Part shown: positions 10,916-20,064 of the stretch, piece by piece
How positions within the stretch are numbered: the first letter of the stretch is position 1
Layout of the letters: each line of letters starts with the position of its first letter
From: Vulcanimicrobiota bacterium
GTDB taxonomy: Bacteria; Vulcanimicrobiota; Vulcanimicrobiia; Vulcanimicrobiales; Vulcanimicrobiaceae
Reading direction: 5' to 3'
Assembly (NCBI GenBank): GCA_963723515.1
Contig: CAVRQT010000003.1
Location: 640,001 to 704,000 of the forward strand
Length of the DNA stretch: 64,000 bases
Made by a program: the position numbers and the translations under genes
Notes under the pieces: model-generated
What the model saw: only the letters and a program-made list of their open reading frames with translations
The model's database searches: none
Told to the model about the DNA's origin: nothing

Positions 10916-11991
10916 AGCCGGCGGCGCTTTTTCTCGCCGATGGCACCCGCTTCGATGGGGGCGGCCTGGAGTTCGAAGGCGTGGCGCTCGGCGAGGCGGT
11001 TTTTTACACCGGCATGACAGGCTATGAGGAAGCCTTGACCGATCCATCCTATGCGGGACAGATTTTGACGTTCACCTATCCGATGATCGGCAACTATGGC
11101 GTCTCGCACAGCGCGGCACAGTATCCACGCGCCTGCGTTGCCGGCGCCGTCATCAAGCATTTGAGCGCCCATCCTTCGCATCACGCATCCGCAATCGGCT
11201 TGCGCGAGTGGCTCGGCGAGCAAAGGATCGCGACGATGGTCGGCGCAGATACGCGCTCGATCACGATCGCGCTGCGCGAACACGGCACGATCTGGGCGGC
11301 GCTTGCGGTCGGCGAAGACGCGTTGCAAAGGGCTGAAAGCGAGCTCACGACGTTCGCGCGGCGCGCCACGACGAAAGACCTCGTGCCCAGCGTCGCCACA
11401 AACCACGAGCACCACGAAGGCAGCGCGCGTGGACCCCACGTCGTCGTGATTGACTGCGGCGTGAAACGTGCGGTTTTGCGAGAGTTAGAAGCGCTCGACG
11501 CCGCGATCACGGTCGTGCCGTTTGACATGCCTGCCGAGGAAATTCTGAAGCACGATCCACGGGCGATCGTCGTCTCCCCGGGGCCGGGTGATCCGACGGA
11601 TCTTGCGGGCACGATCGAAACGTTACATCAATTGGTCGGAAAGCGGCCGATCTTCGGCGTCTGTCTGGGGCATCAGTTGCTGGCGCTGGCTTGCGGCGGC
11701 AAAACGTACAAACTCCCCTATGGTCATCGTGGCGGCAACCAACCCGTTAAGGACCTGGAGGGCGGCGAAGTGCTCATCACCGCGCACAATCACGGGTACG
11801 CCGTCGACTCAGCGTCGCTGCCCAACCACTTGATTCCAACGATGGTCAATCTCAACGACGGAACGAACGAAGGCTTTCGGCATCGCGATTTGCCGGTCGC
11901 GGCGGTTCAATTCCATCCCGAGGCCTCGCCGGGTCCGTTCGACGCACGGCGTCTCTTTGCGCAATGGTTCAACGAAGTCGGACTGCTCTAG
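10912..11991 (+). CDS. carA: Carbamoyl-phosphate synthase small subunit (probable CTG start)
   Basis: GEAVFYTGMTGY..LTDPSY.GQI, GVCLGHQ, QFHPEASPGP; homology begins at CTG AAG CCG GCG, overlapping the pyrC TGA. Confidence 0.95.
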   Translation: MKPAALFLADGTRFDGGGLEFEGVALGEAVFYTGMTGYEEALTDPSYAGQILTFTYPMIGNYGVSHSAAQYPRACVAGAVIKHLSAHPSHHASAIGLREWLGEQRIATMVGADTRSITIALREHGTIWAALAVGEDALQRAESELTTFARRATTKDLVPSVATNHEHHEGSARGPHVVVIDCGVKRAVLRELEALDAAITVVPFDMPAEEILKHDPRAIVVSPGPGDPTDLAGTIETLHQLVGKRPIFGVCLGHQLLALACGGKTYKLPYGHRGGNQPVKDLEGGEVLITAHNHGYAVDSASLPNHLIPTMVNLNDGTNEGFRHRDLPVAAVQFHPEASPGPFDARRLFAQWFNEVGLL

Positions 11992-12821
11992 GCGCCCTCT
12001 TCGCCGTCGTGACCACGGCGCAAAGCGTCGCCTTTGCGCAAGCGCTGCCGCGCCTGCACGTCATTTCATTCACGATGCGCGCGGATATGCAGGCGCCGCA
12101 TGCCGGAGAGCCATTCCATCTGGAGATCGAAGGTCGGCTACGCGAGCCGCTGAGTGGCGTTGATTTTGTCGTCCTGCCGAACTTGGCCGGCTTGGAGCCG
12201 CTGGGTGACGAGCGGCACGTGTTTACGATGCAAAGCGGGACCAACTTTGCCGAGACGCTCACAGTCGTCGCGCACAACGGCGGCGCCGTGCATCTGAACG
12301 GCGCTTATTTCGATGCGATCGATCCGCGTGACGGCAAAGCGAAGCGCTATTATTCGAACGATCTCGTGCTGAACGTGATCGGTTCGACGCCGGCGCCGGC
12401 CGAAGGCACCGGCTGGCTTCTGGCTTTGCTTATGAGGCTTGTCGCGGCGCTGCTTCTCGTTTTCTTGGTGGGCGGGTTGCTGTTCAGAAAGAAAGCGCGA
12501 CGGCCTCAACCGCTGGTGCTTTCGACCCCGCCGCAGACGATCGGCCAGGCAACGCCAACCGAAGATGCAGTATCAATAGCACTCGGCGATTTGAAGCGTG
12601 CGCGAAGTCGCGATGCCGTTATGGCGCTGCGAGGCGCACTGTGGAAAACGGCCGGGGCGCGCGGCGGGGAGACGCTGGACGAGCTGCTCTCGCGCAACGG
12701 CGTCGCGGGACCGCTGCGTGCATCGCTGCGTTCGCTCGAGCGCGCTGCATTCGTCGCGGACGAGCGGCTCGGCAGCGCGATTGAGGATGCGATCGCGGTC
12801 GTCGGAAAGCAGCTTTCGTGA
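11964..12821 (+). CDS. Membrane-anchored protein, BatD-like partner of MoxR/VWA cassette
   Basis: Signal peptide, beta-rich domain and one TM helix; coupled to moxR. Confidence 0.6.
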   Translation: MVQRSRTALGALFAVVTTAQSVAFAQALPRLHVISFTMRADMQAPHAGEPFHLEIEGRLREPLSGVDFVVLPNLAGLEPLGDERHVFTMQSGTNFAETLTVVAHNGGAVHLNGAYFDAIDPRDGKAKRYYSNDLVLNVIGSTPAPAEGTGWLLALLMRLVAALLLVFLVGGLLFRKKARRPQPLVLSTPPQTIGQATPTEDAVSIALGDLKRARSRDAVMALRGALWKTAGARGGETLDELLSRNGVAGPLRASLRSLERAAFVADERLGSAIEDAIAVVGKQLS

Positions 12822-13765
12822 CGCGTACCACGCCACAGCAGTTGCTCGCGGCGCTTCGCGAGACGATCGTCGGCCAGGAATCGGTGACCCAAGCCCTGGT
12901 TTTGGGCTTGATTTCAAACGGGCATGTCCTACTCGAAGGGCCGCCCGGACTGGCAAAAACATTGGCCTGCCGCGCGCTTGCGGCCGCCTTGGACGGCTGC
13001 TTCAAACGCATTCAATTCACGCCCGATTTACTGCCCAGCGATATTGTTGGAACGCGCATCTTTGACCAGCGACAAGCTGAATTCACGACGAGCTTCGGCC
13101 CGATCTTTGCAAATGTCGTCCTCGCCGACGAGATCAATCGCGCGCCGGCCAAAGTGCAGTCGGCGTTGCTCGAAGCGATGCAAGAGCATCAAGTCACGAT
13201 CGGACCGCACACCCATCCACTTCCCGATCCATTCATCGTGATGGCGACGATGAATCCGCTCGATGCTGACGGCACCTACGCCTTGCCGCTCGCGCAGATG
13301 GACCGATTCTTGCTCAAAGTGAATGTCGGATATCCCACCGCAGACGAAGAGCGGCTCATTCTCGAGCGTTTTGCGATTGCCGAAACGCCGCTGCGCTCCG
13401 GCGCCGCAACGTTGAACGACGTGCTCGCTTGGAGAGAAGAGGCGCGCGCGATCTATCTCGACGAGAAACTGAAGGCGTATATCGTTGCGCTCGTTGGGAT
13501 GACGCGAAATGCGGCTTCAGTGTCCGCGGTCGGGGACCACGTGATCGACCGGGGAGCGAGTCCTCGCGCCACGCTGGCGCTGGCCTTCCTTTCACGCGCC
13601 AAAGCGCTCTTGGACGAACGCGATTATGTGTTGCCGGACGACGTTCGAACCGTTGCGCCGCTCGTGCTGCGTCACCGCCTCGGACTGAACTATCGCGTCT
13701 TGGCCGACAACCTGGATCCGGAAGCGATTCTCTCGTCGCTGATTGCGGCGGTGCCGGCGCCGTGA
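12818..13765 (+). CDS. moxR: MoxR family AAA+ ATPase
   Basis: GHVLLEGPPGLAKT, RIQFTPDLLPSD, DEINRAPAKVQSALLEAM, GASPRA. Confidence 0.95.
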   Translation: MTRTTPQQLLAALRETIVGQESVTQALVLGLISNGHVLLEGPPGLAKTLACRALAAALDGCFKRIQFTPDLLPSDIVGTRIFDQRQAEFTTSFGPIFANVVLADEINRAPAKVQSALLEAMQEHQVTIGPHTHPLPDPFIVMATMNPLDADGTYALPLAQMDRFLLKVNVGYPTADEERLILERFAIAETPLRSGAATLNDVLAWREEARAIYLDEKLKAYIVALVGMTRNAASVSAVGDHVIDRGASPRATLALAFLSRAKALLDERDYVLPDDVRTVAPLVLRHRLGLNYRVLADNLDPEAILSSLIAAVPAP

Positions 13766-14592
13766 AGGGCGAACTTCGGCGCGCGCTGCTGCTCGGGCGG
13801 CGGCGGCCTCGCCTCATTGGCGAGGGATCGCCTACCGCAATCCGCGGCGACGGCTACGAATTTGCGGAATTGCGTGAGTACGTCGCCGGCGACGATCCGC
13901 GCCGTATCGATTGGGCGGCAACGGCACGTGCGGGGCCGCTCCAGACGCGCGTTGTCTTGGAAGATGTTGCGCTAACGCTGGGCGCAATCGTCGATCGATC
14001 GGAGTCCATGCGCCTTGGACGGCAACGTCCGCTCTCGACTGCCGCATTCGAAGCGCTGCAAACCTGGTACGACGCCGCCGAAACGGACGATCGCTGCGTT
14101 CGGGTTACCGCTCGAGGGGTGCACGCTCCGCCGGCATTGCGCGGCCGCCGGAGTGCGCTGGTCTGCGCGAACATCGCAGACAACGAACCTTTCGTTTTGC
14201 GCAGAGCGCTTGAGATCGCCAGGCACGCGCTATCTCCGGGCGCGGCGTTTCTCGCTGTTAGCGATTTTTACGACCTTCACGACGGCGACGATTTGCTGCT
14301 GCGCAGCTTGGCTCGGCGTCTCGATTGCACGGCCTTGATTGCGCGCGATCCGTGGTTCGATGAGCTGCCGCTGCGCGGCTTCGTGGCCGTGCAAGATGCG
14401 GAGAAGAAGAGGCAACGGCGCCTCTTTATCGGCGCGCCGGAACGCGAGCGTTACCATCGCGCAGTCCTGGCGCGCGAGAAGTCCTTGCGGGACCGCTTTG
14501 AAAACGCCGGTTGGCGAACGGGTGTGTTGTATGAAAGCGACGGAAGGGCTTCGCTTTACCGAGCCTTCGGAATCCCGGCGGCAATCACATGA
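13762..14592 (+). CDS. DUF58 domain protein
   Basis: G.EFAELREYVAGDDPRRIDWAATAR motif; GTGA overlap with moxR. Confidence 0.92.
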   Translation: MKGELRRALLLGRRRPRLIGEGSPTAIRGDGYEFAELREYVAGDDPRRIDWAATARAGPLQTRVVLEDVALTLGAIVDRSESMRLGRQRPLSTAAFEALQTWYDAAETDDRCVRVTARGVHAPPALRGRRSALVCANIADNEPFVLRRALEIARHALSPGAAFLAVSDFYDLHDGDDLLLRSLARRLDCTALIARDPWFDELPLRGFVAVQDAEKKRQRRLFIGAPERERYHRAVLAREKSLRDRFENAGWRTGVLYESDGRASLYRAFGIPAAIT

Positions 14593-15515
14593 TCGATTTC
14601 AGCCGTCCCCTGTGGCTGCTTATCGCTTTTGCGTTGACCATGGCAGTTTTGTTGATCTACCGTATGCTATTGCGCGGTCGAACCGCGAACGCGCTTACAT
14701 ACACAAATCTCGAGTTCTTCGTCGATGCGATGCAGCCGCGAAAGTGGCCGGCAGTTGCGATTTATGCGACCTTTGCTATCGCGACGGTCCTGCTCTCGAG
14801 CGCTTTAGCCGGCCCGCATATCAGCGCGCGACTGCCGGCCAAAGATGCTGCCGTCGTGCTCTGCATCGACACATCAGGGTCCATGAACGCAACCGACGTC
14901 CAACCGACGCGGTGGGATGCCGCTCGAAACGCGGCACGAACATTCATGAGGCAGCTTTCGGCCGGAACGCGGCTTGCCGTCGTCACCTTCGCATCGAGCG
15001 CAGAGCTGATTCAACCGCTAACATCGGATCGCGATCAAGCGCTCACGGCGCTCGATCGAATTCCGCCCGCAGACGGTGCAACCGCAATCGGCGATGCATT
15101 GATGCTTGCAAGCCGGCAATTACCCGCAGGAGGCCACCGCGCGATCGTCTTGATGACCGACGGCGTCAACAACCGGGGCGCCGATCCATTGCAAGCCGCC
15201 GACGCAGTAGCCGCACGCCATATTCCGATCTATACGGTCGGCATTGGCACCAGCGATAGCGGCCTCTTGATTCCGGGAACTGCTGAACCTGCACAACTCG
15301 ATGAAGACTCTTTGCATGCCATCGCGCAAAGCGGCGGAGGAGCATATGCGAGAGTTTCCGATGCCGCAAGTTTGGAAAACGCGCTCGCGCATCTGGGGTC
15401 GAGCACCACGTTCGAACGCCGGCGGATCGACGCGTCGCTTCCGTTTGCGTTCTTCGGCGGTCTGTTGCTGTTGGCCACAATCTTGACGTCGCTTGCGGCA
15501 GGCCGGTTTCCCTAA
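14589..15515 (+). CDS. VWA domain membrane protein (BatA-like)
   Basis: N-terminal F..P.WL TM segment, MIDAS DTSGSM, TAIGDAL, LMTDG, C-terminal TM. Confidence 0.92.
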   Translation: MIDFSRPLWLLIAFALTMAVLLIYRMLLRGRTANALTYTNLEFFVDAMQPRKWPAVAIYATFAIATVLLSSALAGPHISARLPAKDAAVVLCIDTSGSMNATDVQPTRWDAARNAARTFMRQLSAGTRLAVVTFASSAELIQPLTSDRDQALTALDRIPPADGATAIGDALMLASRQLPAGGHRAIVLMTDGVNNRGADPLQAADAVAARHIPIYTVGIGTSDSGLLIPGTAEPAQLDEDSLHAIAQSGGGAYARVSDAASLENALAHLGSSTTFERRRIDASLPFAFFGGLLLLATILTSLAAGRFP

Positions 15516-15517
15516 CG

Positions 15518-16603
15518 ATGTGGGAACCGTTTACTGAGGGTGCGCGGCGCGCGATTGTCCTCGCGCAAGAGGCGGCGGCCAAATACGGCGGCCGCTGCAT
15601 CGATACGCAGCACATCGTCATGGGGCTGCTCGAAATCGACGAAGGGCCACTGCTGCCGCTCTTCGAGCAGCGCGATCTCTCGATTGACGCCTACCGCGAA
15701 AAGCTGATCGGTGATTCGCATGAAGCGTCTTCCAATGATGAGGAATTCGCCTTCGCGCCGGACGCGAAGCGTTTGATCGAAGCCGCTTTTGAATGCGCGC
15801 GCGAATGGGGAATGGATTACATTTCAGCCGAGCATCTCGTCGGGGCGGTCGAGCGCGTCCCCAAGAGTAACGCAGCGCAGTATCTGCGCGAACTAGGATT
15901 CGATCTTGCGCAGATCGGTGCGTCGATGCGCGTCCAAGCGCTAGCCTCGCGCCGCTCCACTCCATCACGACTCCGCGCACACGCCCCTGCAGCACCGAAT
16001 CTTCCCGAACTGAGCGAAGAGAACGTCGGGGACGATCCGATTGCATTACTGCAGCGCTGGCTGATGGACGCCGGTGCAGCAGAAGTGACGGAGCCGACCG
16101 CGATGGCGCTTTCAACGGTCGACGACAACGGACAAGCCAGCTCGCGTATGGTGCTGCTCCGCGGGCTCGACGAACGCGGCCTCGTATTTTACACGCATTA
16201 CTTGAGCCGCAAAGGCGGCGAACTCGCGCGCAATAATCGTGCGGCGCTGCTCTTTTGGTGGGGCAACTTGCGCCGTCAGGTGCGGATCGAGGGGCTCGTC
16301 GAGTCGATCAGCGACGAAGAATCAGATGCATATTTTGCGTCGCGACCTCGCGAACATCAGCTCTCCACATGGGCCTCGGATCAAAGCGAGCCGCTGGAAT
16401 CTCGCGCCGCGCTTGAAGCACGCGTTGAAGATTATCGTTCGCGTTTCGAAGGCGAAGCCGTTGCTCGTCCGCATTCTTGGGGCGGATATCGCCTGCAGCC
16501 GCAGCGCATGGAGTTCTGGCAAGGACGCGACAATCGTCTGCACGATCGCTTGGCGTTCATAAAAGAAGGCACAACGTGGCGCCTGCAACGCCTGAGCCCA
16601 TGA
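15518..16603 (+). CDS. pdxH: Clp N-terminal repeat domain fused to pyridoxine/pyridoxamine 5'-phosphate oxidase
   Basis: Residues 1-130 carry two ClpN repeats (FTEGARRAIVLAQE..HIVMGLL; AKRLIEAAF..ISAEHL); the C-terminal half has PdxH motifs RMVLLR, RQVRIEG, YFASRP, EFWQGRDNRLHDR and RLSP. Confidence 0.88.
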   Translation: MWEPFTEGARRAIVLAQEAAAKYGGRCIDTQHIVMGLLEIDEGPLLPLFEQRDLSIDAYREKLIGDSHEASSNDEEFAFAPDAKRLIEAAFECAREWGMDYISAEHLVGAVERVPKSNAAQYLRELGFDLAQIGASMRVQALASRRSTPSRLRAHAPAAPNLPELSEENVGDDPIALLQRWLMDAGAAEVTEPTAMALSTVDDNGQASSRMVLLRGLDERGLVFYTHYLSRKGGELARNNRAALLFWWGNLRRQVRIEGLVESISDEESDAYFASRPREHQLSTWASDQSEPLESRAALEARVEDYRSRFEGEAVARPHSWGGYRLQPQRMEFWQGRDNRLHDRLAFIKEGTTWRLQRLSP

Positions 16604-16610
16604 GGATCAC

Positions 16611-16905
16611 CTCGCTCACGGTAGCCCTGCCTATTTAACCCCATCCGCGTCGCAACGTCTGGGGGTGCGGACATGACAATAAAAAAGAGTACTAAGGATG
16701 GATTGGCTTGAGACGGGGCGACGGTTCACTCGGGGGTGTATGGAGCACACAGGATGCACGTAGTGAGAAGACTTGTGCGGAATCAAGAGAGCAAATTTGC
16801 ACAAGTTGTAAATTTGGGAACGTCCGCCTGAGGGGACCGTCGCCTCGTAACAAGCCGTGAGCACGGGACTTAAACGAGCACTCGCCTAACGTAGCGACGC
16901 GGATG
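16611..16905 (+). ncRNA. Unclassified highly structured RNA / carB leader
   Basis: Nested stems with G-U pairs on the + strand: 16642-16658/16889-16905, 16705-16734/16827-16856, 16752-16756/16821-16825, 16771-16781/16796-16806. Confidence 0.6.
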
Positions 16906-19900
16906 CCCCAGCGTAGTGTACTCGTGATCGGCTCCGGCCCGATCGTTATCGGGCAGGCCGCGGAGTTTGACTACGCCGGAGTTCAAGCATGCCGTGCGCT
17001 ACGCGAGGCCGGACGGCGCGTCGTACTCGTCAATTCCAATCCCGCGACGATCATGACGGATCCCGAGATTGCCGACGCGGTATATCTCGAGCCGCTTACC
17101 AGTGCTTCGCTCGAGACGATCATCGAGCGTGAGATGCCCGACGCGTTGCTTCCGACGCTCGGCGGACAAACCGGTCTCAATCTTGCCGTTGAGCTGCACG
17201 AGAGCGGCGTTCTAGCGCGGTGCGGCGTCCAATTGCTCGGCACGCCGATCGCAACGATTCGCCTGGCTGAAGACCGCCGTCTATTCAAAGAGAAGATGAT
17301 CGCAATCGGCGAACCGGTGCCTCCGAGCGAAGTCGTTACCGAAGTTGAAGCCGGCGTCGCGTTCGCAAGACAAGTGGGCTATCCGCTTGTCGTGCGACCC
17401 GCGTACACCTTAGGCGGAACGGGCGGCGGCGTCGTGCATGACGAGCCAGAGTTGCGCGAAACGCTCGTCACCGGCCTCTCGCTGAGTTTGATCGGGCAAG
17501 TTCTCTTAGAGACCTCGCTCCTTGGCTGGAAAGAGATCGAGTACGAAGTGTTGCGCGACCGCGCGAACAACTGCATCGTGGTCTGCAACATGGAGAACGT
17601 CGATCCCGTCGGCGTGCACACCGGCGACTCGATCGTCGTGGCGCCATCGCAGACACTCTCCGATCAAGAGTATCAGCTGTTGCGCACGGCGAGCATCAAC
17701 GTCATCCGCGCGCTCAATGTCGAAGGCGGCTGCAACATTCAGTTTGCGTTGCATCCGGAGCGCAGCGAGTATCGGATCATCGAAGTGAATCCGCGAGTGT
17801 CACGCAGTTCTGCATTGGCTTCAAAAGCGACCGGATATCCGATCGCCAAGGTCGCAACGCGGATTGCGCTCGGAGAGACGCTCGACGAAATCCCAAATCC
17901 GGTTACTGGCGTAACAAAGGCCGCATACGAACCGACGCTCGACTACGTCGTCGTGAAGATCCCGCGCTGGCCGTTCGATAAGTTTCCGTTCGCCGACACC
18001 TCTCTGGGCACGCAGATGAAATCGACGGGCGAAGCAATGGGGATCGGCCGAACCTTCGGTGCGGCGCTGATCAAAGCGATGCGGGGTCTCGACCTCCGGC
18101 GGGAAGTCTTGACCGGTGACGGGCTGCGTCGCTGGAACACCGATGAGCTGATGTCGATCGTGAGCCGCCCAAATCATGAGCGGCTCTTTGCAATCGCGGA
18201 GTTGCTACGGCGAACTCCTCGCGAAACGCGCGCAGCGCAGGTCGATCTGATCGCCTCTCGCTCCAGCATCGATCGCTTTTGGCTGCATGAGATCAACGAG
18301 CTGGTCGATCTCGAAGCGCGCTTGGGCGATTCACCATCGAGCGCGGAACGTGCCGCAGCGCTTGAACTCGGTTACGCGGGAGCGAGTTCGGCGGACGGGA
18401 CCGCCGCATTTCGCATGGTGGACACTGCCGCCGCCGAGTTTCCCGCGAAGTCGCCGTACTACTATATCTCGCGTAACGAACAAGATGAGATGCGAGCGCC
18501 TCACAACGAGCCGGTCATCGTCGTCGGGAGCGGGCCGATTCGCATCGGTCAAGGCATCGAGTTCGACTACTCGTGCGTGCACGCCGCATGGGCCTTGCGC
18601 GATGCCGGGCGCGCGTCGGTCGTCATCAACAACAATCCAGAGACCGTCTCAACCGACTTTGACATCTCGGACGTGCTTGTCTTCGAGCCGCCAGGCGCCG
18701 ATGAAGTTGAGGCGGTCTATCACGCGACAAACGCGCGGGGCGTCATGCTCGCGTTCGGTGGGCAGACCGCGATCAATCTGGCGGATCAACTTGCCGCCCG
18801 CGGCGTTAGAATCGTGGGAAGCGATCGCCGCAGCCTTGATATGGCTGAGGACCGGCGAAAGTTCGACGAAGCGCTGCAGCGGCTCGGTGTTTCGCGGCCG
18901 CCCGGTCGTGCTGCGACGTCCTTCCGTGAAGCGCGTGCCATTGCGCGTGATTTAGGATTTCCGGTCTTGGTGCGTCCGTCGTACGTCTTAGGCGGCCGTG
19001 GAATGGAGATCGTCTACAATGAAGGACAGCTCGCGTCATACGCCGAGGCAGCGCCGCCGATTTTGCCCGAAGCACCGTTGCTCGTCGATCGCTATTTGCG
19101 TGGATTAGAAGCCGAGGTAGATGCGGTATTCGACGGCGAGGATATCCTGATTCCGGGAATCTTCGAACACATTGAGCGCGCCGGCATCCACTCGGGCGAT
19201 TCGATCAGCGTGTATCCAACGCAGACGCTTTCCGCCGATATGGAAGCGCGCCTCGCGGACTTGACGGCTTCAATCGCACGTGAACTGCAAATTCGCGGCC
19301 TGATCAACATCCAATTCGTCATCCACGAGGGCCGCCCGTACATTTTGGAGGCGAATCCGCGCGCGAGCCGCACCGTACCGATCATTTCAAAGGCAACGGG
19401 CGTCAACATCGTCGCGGCGGCGACGCGCATCGCACTCGGCGAGCGTCTTGCGGACATGGAATACGGAACCGGCTTGCGCCCGCGCGCCCCGTTCTGCGTC
19501 GTCAAAGTCCCCGTTTTCTCGTTCGCAAAAATGCGCGGCGTCGAGACGATCCTCGGTCCGGAGATGAAGTCCACGGGCGAAGCGCTCGGCATGGACTTCT
19601 CCTTTGCCGGCGCGCTGCGAAAAGGGTTCATCGGCGCCGGCATTCGTTTGCCCGAGCCCGGCGGACGCGTTCTCGCGACGGTCGCGGATCAATCGAAGGC
19701 CGATGCGATTCCGGTCTTGCGGCGCTACGCCGATCTCGGATTCGTGCTCTATGCAACGGAGGGGACTCAAGCGGCGCTCGCGCAGGCCGGTATCCGCGCG
19801 CAGCGCATCAATAAGATCGCCGGCGGTTCACCGCACACGCTGGACTTGATCACCTCGCGCGCCGTTGACTTGGTCATCAACGATGCGACTGGTCCGCGCG

Positions 19901-20064
19901 AGATCAACGACAGTTATCGGATCCGCCGCGCCGCCGTTGAGGCCAACATTGCGTGTTTGACGAGTCTTGACACTGCGAACGCGCTGGCGGATGCATTGGA
20001 AACCACTTCGGGTCCGCCGCGCACGCTGCAAGAGTATCGCGCGCTAGAACTCGCCGTCGGATGA
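16903..20064 (+). CDS. carB: Carbamoyl-phosphate synthase large subunit
   Basis: VIGSGPIVIGQAAEFDY, two ATP-grasp halves, MGS domain. Confidence 0.98.
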   Translation: MPQRSVLVIGSGPIVIGQAAEFDYAGVQACRALREAGRRVVLVNSNPATIMTDPEIADAVYLEPLTSASLETIIEREMPDALLPTLGGQTGLNLAVELHESGVLARCGVQLLGTPIATIRLAEDRRLFKEKMIAIGEPVPPSEVVTEVEAGVAFARQVGYPLVVRPAYTLGGTGGGVVHDEPELRETLVTGLSLSLIGQVLLETSLLGWKEIEYEVLRDRANNCIVVCNMENVDPVGVHTGDSIVVAPSQTLSDQEYQLLRTASINVIRALNVEGGCNIQFALHPERSEYRIIEVNPRVSRSSALASKATGYPIAKVATRIALGETLDEIPNPVTGVTKAAYEPTLDYVVVKIPRWPFDKFPFADTSLGTQMKSTGEAMGIGRTFGAALIKAMRGLDLRREVLTGDGLRRWNTDELMSIVSRPNHERLFAIAELLRRTPRETRAAQVDLIASRSSIDRFWLHEINELVDLEARLGDSPSSAERAAALELGYAGASSADGTAAFRMVDTAAAEFPAKSPYYYISRNEQDEMRAPHNEPVIVVGSGPIRIGQGIEFDYSCVHAAWALRDAGRASVVINNNPETVSTDFDISDVLVFEPPGADEVEAVYHATNARGVMLAFGGQTAINLADQLAARGVRIVGSDRRSLDMAEDRRKFDEALQRLGVSRPPGRAATSFREARAIARDLGFPVLVRPSYVLGGRGMEIVYNEGQLASYAEAAPPILPEAPLLVDRYLRGLEAEVDAVFDGEDILIPGIFEHIERAGIHSGDSISVYPTQTLSADMEARLADLTASIARELQIRGLINIQFVIHEGRPYILEANPRASRTVPIISKATGVNIVAAATRIALGERLADMEYGTGLRPRAPFCVVKVPVFSFAKMRGVETILGPEMKSTGEALGMDFSFAGALRKGFIGAGIRLPEPGGRVLATVADQSKADAIPVLRRYADLGFVLYATEGTQAALAQAGIRAQRINKIAGGSPHTLDLITSRAVDLVINDATGPREINDSYRIRRAAVEANIACLTSLDTANALADALETTSGPPRTLQEYRALELAVG

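Noticed and set aside
16611..16905. PyrR attenuator, T-box, tmRNA, RNase P or SRP identity for the carB leader
   Set aside because: The diagnostic motifs (ARUCCNGNGAGGYU, UGGNACC, tRNA-like ends, GAGGAAAGUCC, SRP loop) are not visible on either strand
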